This document shows, piece after piece, positions 50,601 through 62,705 of a DNA stretch of 64,000 bases (positions are counted from its first letter, which is position 1; each line of letters begins with the position of its first letter). The DNA comes from Plasmodiophora brassicae (taxonomy: Eukaryota): the NCBI GenBank assembly GCA_036867785.1, contig CP145410.1, positions 1,798,001 to 1,862,000 of the forward strand. The letters run 5' to 3'. Below the pieces are notes generated by a model. The model did no database searches. It was given only the letters and a program-made list of their open reading frames with translations, and was not told the origin of the DNA. The translations under genes were made by a program, and so were the position numbers.

Positions 50601-51376
50601 CGATATCCTGCGAAGACGTGCGCCCGTCAAACCACCTGCGACCGGGACGACGCCAACCAACGAACAGGTAGTAGATGCCACCGGCATGTGGGACGCCGTT
50701 CGTCGCGATAGCTGACAGGGACAGCGCCGTTATCAACGTGATGCAGGTGCCGGCCAGAACTCTGCAATTAGCGTCGGTGAGACGGGGCTCGGCAAACGTC
50801 GCAGGAGCAACGAGCGCGCAGGGCGTACAGGGCGCATCCCGGGCCAATGCCGGCGACGCCGAACACGACGCCGAGTTGGATGAAGACGGTGCCGCCGAAG
50901 ATCTGCATCAGGTTCCTGCAGATGACGCCGTCCCACATGCCGAACAGGTTCCTGGCGGGCGCCCGCCCCGTGTCAACGGACGCCCGGCGTCTGGCCATTT
51001 CGGCGGGCACGGGTCGTGGGCCGAACAGGAGCGCCTCGATGGTGGGGCGCGCCCGCACCGTCATGTAGGTCGCCAGGTCCGGCGACGGATCCACCGCCCA
51101 CGACGACGCTGTCGACGCGGACGCCGCCTGCGCAGGTTCGAACACATCCGGCAGCGACACGCCGGTGGGCGACCGGCTGCCGATCTTCCTCACCGTCCTC
51201 AGCTGGTCGCCGCGCGCCGACCCCGACGACAGGTCGACGAGCGTGACGCCGGCGTCCTTGCCCGGCGGGCGACCCTCGCCCGTCGCCCACCGCGACGGCG
51301 CCGTTGCCGCCCGCAACAGGTACGCGCCGACGTCGCTGGTCGACACGGGCCGCCTGCGACGCCGATCCCCGTCCAT
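47672..51376 (-). CDS. SLC12 cation-chloride cotransporter (many introns)
   Basis: FGMWDGVICRNLMQIFG, LSLSAIATNG..GGIYYL, SRSLGPKFG, FSLFFPALTG, PGWRPSF, DVWWIYDDGGLTIL. Confidence 0.92.
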
Positions 51377-51561
51377 CACCGCGGCATTCCACTTACGGCG
51401 TAAGTTGCGGCCCCCGTCCCCCCGACCCGATCCCGTGCCGTCACGTGGGACGACGCCGCACCGCCACCGTAAATAGAACGCATTTTTTGCGCCATGTGAC
51501 CAGGTTTCTGGCCGGGTCTCCCCCAATCCACCACGAGTACTGTATATACATTGAGGAAGGC

Positions 51562-52636
51562 CTACGGCGACGATCCGGCGTCGCCTGGCTGGACGAGGTT
51601 CGCTCTGACGGACGAGGCCGTGGCGCGGCACGACCTGCGCGAACGATTCAGCGCACGACGTATGGCGCGGCAACTGCCCGCGAACGAATATGCATACGCG
51701 TCGATGCGCTCCTGGTCGAGATGGGCGACGCGGGGCAGAACGTGGCGAGTGGCGACGGCGACGTCGTTGGCGAACGTGCTGATGGCGGCAGGGTCGTCGT
51801 TGACCGGGCGGTACGCGATGATCGATTCGGAGCGGAACGCGCGTTTGAGTTTGGCAACCGGGACGGACGCCTGCATCGAGTACAGGATGGCGGTCCCGGG
51901 TAGGCATCGGCGACAGTCGCGGGCGACCGTGTTGACCTGGTGCGGCAGGACGCACAGGAACACCAGCTGGCACTGGCTCAGGACCTACACACTCATCGTG
52001 CTGTGAGATTGGGGTGTAGGCAGGTCGCACCGATAGTTGACAACCTTGGCGTTGTTGTGTACAGCGGGGACGACTGTAACGGCATCTGGGCGTCGTGTGG
52101 ACACCATGATCTGCCGACGGGGAACGCCGGCATCGCATAGCGCCGCCAGCAGGGCACCGCCCATCATTCCGCAACCGATCAGGCCGATCTTCAACGGGGG
52201 CGCTGCCCAATGCTTCAGCAGCGCCAGCGCCATCTGCCGGCATTGCCTGGGTAGGACAGCGTCAGCTTCGCGCCCGTCATCGGACAGCTGGGCGGCGTAA
52301 CCTGATCATGTCCGACTTGAAGGCCATCAGCAGATCGAACGCCTTCGCGATGCGTTCGTTGGACGCGAACATGTCCACATCGATGCGCAGTGCATCGTTC
52401 TTGGCGTCGGACGCTGCTGACGGCGCTTCTTCACCCACGACGTCCGTCACCTCGACCTTCGCCACAGTGACGGGTGCCGGCATCCCATCAACATCGCCAT
52501 CGGCGTCAACGTCGTCGTCGTCGTCGTCAAGTGCCGGGCGCCGTGTCGGCACAGGAAACGGGCGAGCCGCCGCCGCTTCCAGGTTCAGGAACAGGTCGGC
52601 GATGATATCATCGTCGTCACCCGCGGCTCCCTCCAT
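51562..52636 (-). CDS. NOXRED1-like / P5CR-type NAD(P)-binding oxidoreductase
   Basis: LKIGLIGCGMMGGALL Rossmann motif, IMVSTRRPD, FLCVLPHQ; three exons. Confidence 0.7.
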
Positions 52637-53084
52637 GACGTACGCGGGATCCCGATCGATCGTGGCCGTATTATTAAGGCGTCTAGAACACGCTACCCCT
52701 CCCGGAGGGACGTTTCCGGCCTGTCGCCGTCACCGGTCGGTCTGTCCAGATGGGATCTGCGGCAGAGGTTCTTCCTGGTGCTGCGCGAGCGTGACCTCGG
52801 CGGACGAGTCTTGACGTACGCTGCTGAGGAAAGGAACGCTGACGGACGACGACGTCGCGGGGGTGGTTCGCTGGACGCAGACGTCGTCGAACGGGAGGCT
52901 TGGCGCATGAACTTTCCCTGATCGGCGGCACGCTGCGCGAAGTCGGATGCACCAACAGGCACGCAAACGACGTCGTCATAATGTCCATCGAGCTCGCCGC
53001 GCTGATGAACGGGCGACGGGGCGATCATGTCGTCCAGTGATTCGCGTCGCTCGTTGGTCAGCTGGTAGCAGCACCCTACAGGTA

Positions 53085-54205
53085 CCGTAGTTTCACATGA
53101 ACAATCCCCCCAAATGTTTCTGCGCGCAGTTTTTGCGCCAGTCGAGTACGATACCGACGTCGGAGGGAGAACGGGCGCGGAAGAGCAGGCGATGCGTCTG
53201 GACGGTCAAGCAGAAGGGATCCCTTGTGCGCGAGTCGTTCGGGGGCACAGTTAAAGACACGGCTCGTAAGTACGTCGACATTTCGTCGGAACAAATACGG
53301 GACTGGCGCCGTAATGTCATGGGATCCGACAACGAAACGATCGAATCGTCTGATGAGGATGGAGCGCCGGTGAGCTTCAAACCCTTCCGTCGCAAGACGT
53401 CTGTACGTAAAACCCGATCGCATGGGCGTGCCTCCAGCTTGCTGGTCGCTGTCCAGGAAACTATCGAAGCGCGAGTCATCGAGCTTGAGGCGCTGGACGT
53501 TAATATCAACGTCCGGTCCATCTACTTGTACGCCAAAGGGTCAGGCCGGTGTCTGTATTATGCGTTCCAGTATTTGTAACCGAGTTTGCTAGGGCGTTCC
53601 CAGAGTTTGCCGAATCTGCGACCAATGAGAAGACGGCGGAACAGAACATCCGGCGCTTTCTGAACAACAACGGAACGCTGGTGACACGACGGTACACCCG
53701 CACCGCTCAGAACACGCGACACAACGAGGCGGTTGTTCAGGAGTACGTCTAGGTCACAAAGGACCTCATTGACGTGCTCGGAATCCGTGATCCTCGCTTG
53801 GTGTTCAACATGGATGAGACACCAATGCCCTTCGATATGTCGAAGGCATGGACTCTTGCGAGAAAGGGCAGCAGAACAGTTCCCTGTAAGACCACCAGCA
53901 ACGCCAATTCATCCATGTTGAACACCAAGCGAGGATCACGGATTCCGAGCATGTCAATGAGGTCCTTTGTGACCTTGACGTACTCCTGAACAACCGCCTC
54001 GTTGTGTCGCGTGTTCTGAGCGGTGCGGGTGTACCGTCGTGTCACCAGCGTTCCGTTGTTGTTCAGAAAGCGCCGGATTTTCTGTTCCGCCGTCTTCTCA
54101 TTGGTCACAGATTCGGCAAACTCTGGGAACGCCCTAGCAAACTCGGTTACAAATACTGGAACGCATAATACAGACACCGGCCAGACCCTTCGGCGTACAA
54201 GTAGA
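53085..54205 (+). mobile_element. Defective pogo (Tc1/mariner) transposon with internal fold-back duplication
   Basis: TA/CCGTA left end. HTH-like TARKY..IRDWRR, CENP-B-type IRRFL..TRRYTRTAQ, and DDE start FNMDETPMPFDM..RKG..KTT. Carries a frameshift and an in-frame TAG; no right TIR. Confidence 0.85.
53521..54205. repeat. Near-perfect 297-bp inverted repeat with 91-bp spacer
   Basis: 53521-53817 is the reverse complement of 53909-54205, with a few substitutions. Confidence 0.95.
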
Positions 54206-54327
54206 CTCATGTCCTGGCGAGCGTCACTGCCGTCACTCACACGATCAGAACGCAATCCTCCTGGAAATGAGTCGTGTTTATTAGCTCCAAGATCGCTCGC
54301 CGCTGGAGTACGTCATTGGTGAAACGC

Positions 54328-56223
54328 CTAGGCGATGGTCGACGTCTGGTGCAGCAACGCAGCAGATTCCGACAGCTGGCCGTCGACGAACTTGCTCAGC
54401 TGGGCATAGAAATTTGCCGGCACAAACGTTCGGAGGAAGTCAGCGACGCGGGCATCGAAATTCTCCCAGTTGACAATCGGGCCGTATTTCATAACGAGGC
54501 CGTAAATCGGGCACTTGTTCAACGCCTGGAGACGAAAGCCAACGTCGAGTACGGAGAACAGCTTGTGAAGCGCATTCACGTTCTTCGTTTCGAACGCCCG
54601 GCATACGGCACTGCCGGTAACGAACTCTTCAGGTCCACCGTCCCGCGACAGCAATTCATCCAGCAGCGGCTCGTATACGACGTCATCGTCGCTGCCTCTC
54701 CAGCTGTCCAGCACCAGATGTGCCAGACTGTCGAGGTCGGGTGACCTGCTTCTGTCCAGGATCGCGCTCAGAGCTGGGCGGCCCAAGAACTCTGCCAGCC
54801 TGGGAAACTTGGAAAACCATCCCCTCCTACCACGTTGTAGCAGGTGTTCGTCGAGGTGCTTCTTCAGTAAACGGGACACGGCAGGGCGCCCGGCGTTCGC
54901 GACCAGGGCGTCCATTACTGGATAATACTCACGCGACGTCACGACATCCAGGACGAACCGGCTCATAAAGTCGCCACCTGACCACTTCACGTCCTCGTCG
55001 TCCACGATTTCAGCTCCGAGATGCTTGATCAGGAAGATGACGTCCGCAACCGGCATCTGCTCGATTGGAAGCCAACGGGAGGCTTGCCTCGCGAACGTCG
55101 CCACAGGCATCGTTGACGATACCACCGTGTTGAAAATCGATTCCAGCCATCCGCCATCACCTTGGGGATCCGCACCCCTGATCCCGTCCTTGAAGTATTC
55201 AGTGTAAATAATCCTCGTAAGCGCGACCGCGTCGAATTCGTGCTTCAGCGGCCTGACTATCGCTGCCGGGGTCAGCGTAGGGTCTGGATAATAGTCATAC
55301 GCCAACCACCAATGCTCCTGGAACCAAAGTAGGGCATCTGCGCCGAGGTTCACGATGTCGGCTAGGGCCTTGCGATCCTGAAGCAGCTTAGGCAGGACAA
55401 TTGGACGGCCTCCGCCCACATTTCGAATATCGTCGTCCCCGTCGTTGACGGCATTGATGTCGCCACCGTGCTCGACGTAGAACCTGAGGAACCGGACGCC
55501 GTGTGTGGCGACCACCTGCCAGGGACGCCGAGACACAGCTAGGCGCACGAACCGGGCGTGCTCGGGAGCCTTCTCGTCGACCAGATGAAGCGCTCGCTTG
55601 GTAATGTCGTCGTTGACGTCATAGCGTTCGCCGCCGTACATCTCATCGTGCGGTCCCGCACGGTCGAGAAGTTCCAGACCCTTTTCAATAACCTCGCAAG
55701 CGTCGTCGTATTCAGAGAAGTGAATGTTACAGCTTAGAAGATGTTCAAGGACATCAACAGCGACCTGGCGGTGCTCGGCAGTGAAATGGAACAAATCGGT
55801 GGCGTGACGCAGAACCGTGCCGAGAACGAGGCCTCCTGGGACGCCCCAGTTGACAACTGCCCGTTCCAAAGCCTTGTTCACGTTCGGAATCGCGTCGTGG
55901 TGGTCCAGCAGGCGGTTGACGAAGACGATCTGGCGGTGTAGCAGAAACTCTCCAGCGTCCATGGCGCTGCGTGCGGGCGCATCCAACGCTCGGCATTGGG
56001 CGAATAGGTCGGGAAACCGTCCAGCTGGTATAAGCGGATCAAACAGGCTTCGGAACGCCACGATCTTTCTTGCGAACGGCACGAAACGTTGCGACGCCTG
56101 GGAAAGCGCATGCGCCGTTGCAATGTCGATGTGCGGGGCGAGGTGTGCGTCAAAGTGATCAATAATGGAGGCGAATTGTGAGGCGGCTGAGTTCTGGACG
56201 TCGTCTCCGCTGGGGGCGGCCAT
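54328..56223 (-). CDS. Intronless 631-aa orphan, helical; weak F-box-like N-terminus and ankyrin-like motifs
   Basis: Long ORF; LAPHIDIATAHALSQASQRF; FLRFYVEHGGDINAVN. Confidence 0.7.
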   Translation of the reverse strand: MAAPSGDDVQNSAASQFASIIDHFDAHLAPHIDIATAHALSQASQRFVPFARKIVAFRSLFDPLIPAGRFPDLFAQCRALDAPARSAMDAGEFLLHRQIVFVNRLLDHHDAIPNVNKALERAVVNWGVPGGLVLGTVLRHATDLFHFTAEHRQVAVDVLEHLLSCNIHFSEYDDACEVIEKGLELLDRAGPHDEMYGGERYDVNDDITKRALHLVDEKAPEHARFVRLAVSRRPWQVVATHGVRFLRFYVEHGGDINAVNDGDDDIRNVGGGRPIVLPKLLQDRKALADIVNLGADALLWFQEHWWLAYDYYPDPTLTPAAIVRPLKHEFDAVALTRIIYTEYFKDGIRGADPQGDGGWLESIFNTVVSSTMPVATFARQASRWLPIEQMPVADVIFLIKHLGAEIVDDEDVKWSGGDFMSRFVLDVVTSREYYPVMDALVANAGRPAVSRLLKKHLDEHLLQRGRRGWFSKFPRLAEFLGRPALSAILDRSRSPDLDSLAHLVLDSWRGSDDDVVYEPLLDELLSRDGGPEEFVTGSAVCRAFETKNVNALHKLFSVLDVGFRLQALNKCPIYGLVMKYGPIVNWENFDARVADFLRTFVPANFYAQLSKFVDGQLSESAALLHQTSTIA

Positions 56224-57203
56224 TGACGCGACCTAGCACAGGGCGGCAACAGTACAGGTAGCACGAATCAACATGATGAACTTGATACGATTGAGGAAAT
56301 GCCGACCGATGCGTCGCGCGAACGGACGTCAGGGGAAACCGGCGGAAACGCGGGTCATGATAAGGGCCCCCATCAGGGGGAATTGGCGAATTGCGTCAGT
56401 GGGGAGGCACAGACTAATCGCATTAATCAGACCCTACCGGCGTCGGATTCGGGCTGCTGGTCTTGCCTACGTACAAGGCGCCGGAACGAAACCCGAAGCC
56501 GCCCCGTGCCCGCCGTTGTAGCCCTGACCTTATCAACAGAAGTGGAGCAGCGCGGTGGCAGCAACGTCGATTCGAGCCGAACGCATAGTCACGAGAGACA
56601 CGCATGGACCGAACAGGTGTCGTTGGTGGGACGCTCTTGCTTGTTGCCAATGAAACAGGGCACCGATCGCCAAGCAGTGCCCATCTGGGCAACCCGCGAC
56701 CAACAAGAAACCGTTACAATAAACCATTCGTTCATCTTCAGTATTGTTAACGGGAATCGCGAGCGTTTTACAAGCAAACTCCTTCTGAAGCTACTTGGCC
56801 AACGACGTCGCGGAGGCGATCTGCTGTACGCCAGCGTCGTCAAATGGGAAGGCCTCGCACATGACCTTTTCTGATCGGCCCTTCGGCGGCACGCTGCGCG
56901 AAGCGGGATGCGCCAGCAAACAGGCACACGCGCTACCTGCCTTCGTCTGGCCGTCATTACTGAGTTGACTGTGCGCGCTTCGACATCGCAGCGAACGTGC
57001 GCCTGCCGAGCCCTTCCATTACACAACGCTACCGGCGATTACTCGGTGCTTCGCGATCTGGATTCGTGGCGCCGCCCCAGCTCCCCTGATTTCGTGTCGA
57101 GCCCGGCTCTTCGCCAACCAGATAGCAGTCGCCGCCCGGCGAAAACGTTGGGTTGGGCCGCCCTCAACGCCCAGTCAGTTGTTATAGGTACGTCGTGTAC
57201 TAC

Positions 57204-58286
57204 TCACGAAGCGCCAGACGGCGCCTGGGATTCCCTGCACCGCAGCTCGGCCATGTACTCCTCGTAGTCGCGACGGTCCTGCTCGTAGTCAAAGTTGTCG
57301 AACGGTTCACCGGCGCTGTCGACGTCGTCGCCGTCGCCCGGCGCCTCTTCGGCGGCGGCCGGTTGCGACGCCGACGACGACGCATCCAGGACGACGTCGC
57401 CTTTGGCGTCCTCATTCATCGTCTTCAACGCCTGATCCACGCGTTCCCGCTTGAGCTTCTCCATATGTTCGTCCCGTTCCCGGATGCGCTCCTGTAGGAA
57501 CGGTAGGTACTCCTGGGCGTACTCCTCGGCGCACGCGTCGAGCTTCGCGAAGAACTCGTCGACGCCTTCGCCGGTGACGGAAGACACGCCGACGGTCCTG
57601 ATGTTCTTGTAGAACTCTTCCATGACGAATCCCAGCGATCGCGTCAACGTCGACATGTACGACGACGACGCGTCCTTCTGCAGGGCGGCCTCGAACTCCT
57701 CGACGTCGTCCATCCATCGTTCGGCGAACCGATGCGAAACGACGTCGGTCTTGTTGAAGACGATCAGGAAGGGCAACCGCGTCTTGTACATGATGCTGCA
57801 GGCGTAAGTCATGTTCGACATGAACGTGATCGGGTTGACCGCGCGTGGCGTGTCGATCACGTAGACGATGACGGTGGGGAACGACGACGCCAACGACTCC
57901 GTGATGATCTGGCCTGACGCGGACCACGTGAACACCTCGATCTGCCCGGGCGTGTCGATCAGGACGTAGTCGAGCGACGGCGCGCTCTTCTCGACATAGT
58001 CGACGACCTGGTCGAATCGGGTGGAGAACAGGTTCAACGAGGTCACGATGGCGCCGTTCGGTCCGAGCTTGTACGACTCCATGACCTGCTTGTAGTTGAC
58101 CGTGTCCCGGATATCAATGTTGGTGTCGTACGGGACGCTGGTGACGGCCGGGTCGATGTTGACCACGTAGGCGGGAGTGCTACGCGCGCTCAGGTGCGCC
58201 ACGATACGTTGCATGAACGTTGTCTTGCCGCTACCCGCCATCCCGATCACGATGCAGGTCGTCGGTTTCTTCGCGTCGCCCGCCAT
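57204..58286 (-). CDS. GPN1: GPN-loop GTPase 1 (XAB1/Npa3)
   Basis: [49 protein letters not shown]. Confidence 0.97.
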   Translation of the reverse strand: MAGDAKKPTTCIVIGMAGSGKTTFMQRIVAHLSARSTPAYVVNIDPAVTSVPYDTNIDIRDTVNYKQVMESYKLGPNGAIVTSLNLFSTRFDQVVDYVEKSAPSLDYVLIDTPGQIEVFTWSASGQIITESLASSFPTVIVYVIDTPRAVNPITFMSNMTYACSIMYKTRLPFLIVFNKTDVVSHRFAERWMDDVEEFEAALQKDASSSYMSTLTRSLGFVMEEFYKNIRTVGVSSVTGEGVDEFFAKLDACAEEYAQEYLPFLQERIRERDEHMEKLKRERVDQALKTMNEDAKGDVVLDASSSASQPAAAEEAPGDGDDVDSAGEPFDNFDYEQDRRDYEEYMAELRCRESQAPSGAS

Positions 58287-58442
58287 CGTCGCCCGCGGCC
58301 CAGTCAGGAACTGCACTGGAAACTCCGTGGCCGACCCGCGCGCGCGTGCAGCAACCTGCGGTAAGTGGGCATTGCATCATTCAAATGGCGGGTCGTGTCG
58401 AGAGGGGTTACCCCGCGACACGCGATCACGTCCAGTCCCAGG

Positions 58443-59343
58443 ATGGCGGCGGATGATCGCCAGACGGTCGTGTTCGAGCCGTCCACCGACGCCGAGATCA
58501 AGGAGGCGTTCACGACGTCGTTCGACCTGGACGCGGACTCCTTCATCAGTTCGTTACCGCGTGGATGCCGGGACGACGGCGATGGTCTGCTACTGGGTAT
58601 CACCAGGTGCCGCCGAGCTGCGTCACGTGTTCACATCGATGGGCGAAGTGGTCTTCGACGAGAGGGTCGACGAGATGATCAAAATGTACGTTCGGTCGCT
58701 GGTTCGTTGTCCCTTGTCCCCCGTCCCCGCCGTCAGACCCGATGGGTCAGGTGTCACGACGTTAGGGTTGATTTCCGCCCATTAGACTTTGCTGGGCAGT
58801 GCTGATGCAGGTGCAGGAGACGGGAAGATCGCCTGGAGTTCGCGCGACTGATCCTGGAGCACACGACGCGCCCAAAGATCCAGGCGGCGAAGATGTGCGC
58901 CCGCCCGAGGTGGCCGGCAAGGACGATATCCCGACCGCAATGTCCGTTGCTATCCCAATCAACGTCACCGACGAGGACACCAGGAAGCAGTCCAGCAGCG
59001 TCCCTGTGGTGGTCGGCGTCCGCGTCCAGACCGCCGCGTCCGCATTCGGGGCCCTCGTCAGCGACAAGGGCGACCTCCAGGAGGTCATCGTGATTGTGTC
59101 GCAGGTCGTCGCCGAGTTCGACGTCCATGGCGAATCCCTGGGCGACCTGCAGGGCAGGGTTCAACGGCGAACGCAAGCGGAAATCCGGTGGCTTGGAGTA
59201 CGGCAAGGTCTGCCACTTCCTCGGAAGGCCGCCCAGCAACGTCACGAGGAAGTTCTTCGACCTGTACGACACGGACCTCGACGGGCACCTACGGCGCGGC
59301 GAGCTCGTCAGCCTGCTGAAGGCGACGAGCTTCGGGAAGAGCC
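58443..59343 (+). pseudogene. EF-hand calcium-binding protein gene interrupted by a Copia insertion
   Basis: EIKEAF..FDLDADSFISAAELRHVF..VDEMIK and FFDLYDTDLDGHLRRGEL. Apparent frameshift near 59156-59160. Coding sequence stops at the LTR TGTTAG. Confidence 0.7.
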
Positions 59344-62300
59344 TGTTAGATGCCAACCTCCATATTTAGCACGGAACGTTCCAGGTTCCCGGGAATGTTC
59401 CTGATGTCGCCCACCCGACATTTGCTCGGCTACCGGATCGGGGAAATAAACACAGTTCATATTGCCGCTACTCGCTGCACGTGGTACGACCTAGTTCGCT
59501 CCCAAGAGGTTATGGGCCCATATTCTTCCACCAAGACGGCACGCCCCATCACGGGCACGCCCACCCGGTCCACGGCCCCCATGGCCGTTGACACCTCATC
59601 ACCCCCTCAGGGTCCAGCCGGGCAGGACCTCTCCACGGTCTCGTTAGACCCGCAGCGCCCCGGGCCGTCGCAAGACGCGCCTACGCGTACGGCATACACC
59701 GCTGAGCAGTATCATCACTTCTGCGAAGAACTGACTCGACAGGTGGCCGCGCGAGACCAAGAGATTCAACGTCTCAAGGCCGAACTTGCCAGCCGACAGT
59801 CCCCTGTCGACTGGACCGCACAGGTCAAGACTCCCGAGTCGTTCGAAAAGTCTGACCGCCTCACTGGCACGCAAAATTGGTACACCTGGTCCCGACGCAT
59901 CAACAATGCCCTGGACCAGGCAGGGCTATCAGCCTTCCTCACCGGGGAAGCAGTCTGCCCACTCAAACCACCGGGTTCTCATTCATGCACATGCGTAGGA
60001 GTCGCCAACCCCTTCCACCGCGTCGACCGAGCAGTGGCGGCATTCGTCTGCAATCAAATTGCCGATCAGTGCACGGTGGAGGCAAAGGCTTTCCCATCAA
60101 CACGTCACCTACTCGCCCATCTCGACCGCGAATACGGTTCTGGACGCCCGGAGGTCAAGCGCAGTCTCGTCCTTGAGCAGCGCACCCGACTCGACCGGCT
60201 CGACCACCCAACGACGCCGGAGAAGCTTAAGACCTTCATCGTCCAGGTAGACGACATACAGGCACGCCTCACCGACCTCGGCGAACCGCTATCCCCTGAG
60301 GACGTAGCGCTAAAGATCATCGCCAAGTTCGATGATCCCAGCCAGCGCGCACAGGCACTCATGTCCCAGAAACTGTCCTGGGACGATCTGAAGACCAAGA
60401 TGCGCATCAATGGCATTCTTGCTTCGTCATCCAGCGCAAGGGCCCAGAATCCCGTCAAGCGCCCGCGTGACGCACAGCAGGGGGCGCGATCGTCGTGCTC
60501 TTTCTGTGGCATTCCAGGCCACGGAGATGCTGATTGCCGCCATCGCAAGAAGGCATCCGAGCACTTCAAGGCGCAGCGCTCAAAGAAAGCAGAAGCCAAA
60601 CCAAAGCCAACGTCCAACGGCCAGACCGTAAAGGCCATCAACATTACCGACGTATTCGGTGACATCCCAAATACAGCAGACATGATTGAAGCCTATCCCT
60701 ATGACTCCACCACTACATCCAACTCGCCTCCAGAGCCCCGTTGCGACATCCCAGTCGCCAGCGGTCCACAGGCAGTGGACACATGCAGTCGCAACATCAC
60801 TAGCGACAGGCTATGCGCAATGACGACCAGCCACAACCCGCCACCATCTAACTACGACATTCTAGTCGACAGCGGCGCAACTAAACATGTCGCAGGAAAT
60901 CGTTCCTGGTTCAAAGAATATGAACCCTCCAACGGTGCAGCCGTGTCAGCTGCCAACAACGAAAACATGTCCGTCTCAGGCAAGGGTACAATCCCGTTAG
61001 TCCTCGAACACTCTAGCAAAGCACCACCCACTTTCATGCTTCTTAATAACGCGTGGCACGTACCTGCGTTGGGAAGCCAAGTGTACTTCTCAGTCAGCGC
61101 AGCTGCTGACAAAGGCATACAGACACTATTCGACGATACAAATGTATATTTGTTTCGGAAGTCTGACGGACGAATACTGGCAGTCGGCGACAGAATCGGC
61201 GATCTGTATTACCTTCATCACACCATGATGAGACCAGAAGCCGTGTCCCATCTCCGCTCACTGTCTACGTCCAATACCGCCACAGAAGCCACTTGGCACG
61301 CTCGCATGGGTCACACCAACCCCATGAACCTAAGAGCACTGTACCGCGGCATGGCCGACGGCATGAAAGTGGAAGGACGCAAGCAGTACTTCTGTGAGTC
61401 CTGCATTCAAGGTAAAGGAACCCGATTTCCTTTCCAACGCAAGAAGAGACAGGACGATAACCGGAAAGCCACTGAAGTGCTAGGCCGCGTCTGCACAGAC
61501 CTGAAAGGCCCACTAATAGAAGCACTCGGCGGCGAACGGTACGTAATGGTCCTCCTAGACCAACACACACATTATATCACAGTATACTGCTTCAAACACA
61601 AAAATCAGGCATTCGACTTCTACAAACAGTATCGTGCGCATGCCAAGAACATGCACGATAAGGAGATAAAGATTCTCCGCACTGATGGAGGGGGCGAATA
61701 TGTCTCCACCGACTTTGAGCAATTCCTTAATGACCATGGCACTGTTCACGAAATGACAACGCCAGGCAGTTCCCAGGAAAACAGTCAAGCAGAACGTGCA
61801 ATTCGCACACTGCTGAACACTGCTCGATCACTACTCCATTATGCAGGCGCTCCAGTCGTCTTCTGGAGAGAAGCAATGTACTTCGCAGCCTACATCATGA
61901 ACAGGCTTCCAACCAAAGCGTTGAGAGGCAAAACTCCATATGAACTATGGTTCAAACGAAAACCAGACCTTTCGCGCATGCGAACGTTCGGGTGTGCAGC
62001 CTACCCCATCATCCCAGACGCTAAGCGCAACAATGATCTAAGTGGGAGATCGAAGAAATGTATCTTTCTCGGATACGATGAAAGGAGCTCAGGATATGTC
62101 CTATATGATCCCTCGGAACACAAATTCTTCCCACCCAACCGAGATGTCTATTTCAATGAGGAAGATTTCCCATTTAGACAAATGGATCGCTCCGACCCAC
62201 TCTTTGACTGGGAGTCAGAGGATCCGGATGACGATACGTACGTCCCGGATCAGTCGGAGGGGACAGATATTCCTGAATCCTGCGAGACCGAGGATGAGGT

Positions 62301-62705
62301 TTGTGTTTCGACACGTGCGACTTCCCGTCGTACAAGAGTGCCTCACCAGCCCGCCTCTACCTCCGTTCTCGCGCAATCGAGACGCACGATCCCGTCTTTG
62401 GCACAACCGTCTCAACAGACTTCATCTTCAGCCCAGGATGGTGGTTCCCCTGGTGCCGCAGAGGTTGTGTCCTCCGAACGCCAACACGACAGCGTAAGAC
62501 GTTCAGCCCGCAAAAGACCTCAACGAGAATTCGACTGGTTCGTAAACTCTGGCTGCATTAACGCAGTATCCTGCAAGCGCCAGAAAATCCATGAACCACG
62601 TTCGGTCAAAGAGGCATTACGTGGGCCATACGCAGCACAATGGCTCCAGGCGATGAAATCGGAGCTCACATCGCACGCAGACAACGGCACATGGTCGCTG
62701 GTGGA
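59344..62705 (+). mobile_element. Ty1/Copia LTR retrotransposon (5' part)
   Basis: 5' LTR 59344-59507 (TGTTAG start, AATAAA at 59444), PBS GGTTATGGGCCCA at 59508, then the gag-pol ORF. Confidence 0.93.

Noticed and set aside
25170-58286. Operon-like or biosynthetic cluster interpretation
   Set aside because: Genes are functionally unrelated and on mixed strands; close spacing reflects a compact genome.
58752-59343. TGTCACG as the LTR start with a captured host gene inside the LTR
   Set aside because: EF-hand coding continues to 59343; TGTTAG at 59344 is the better boundary.
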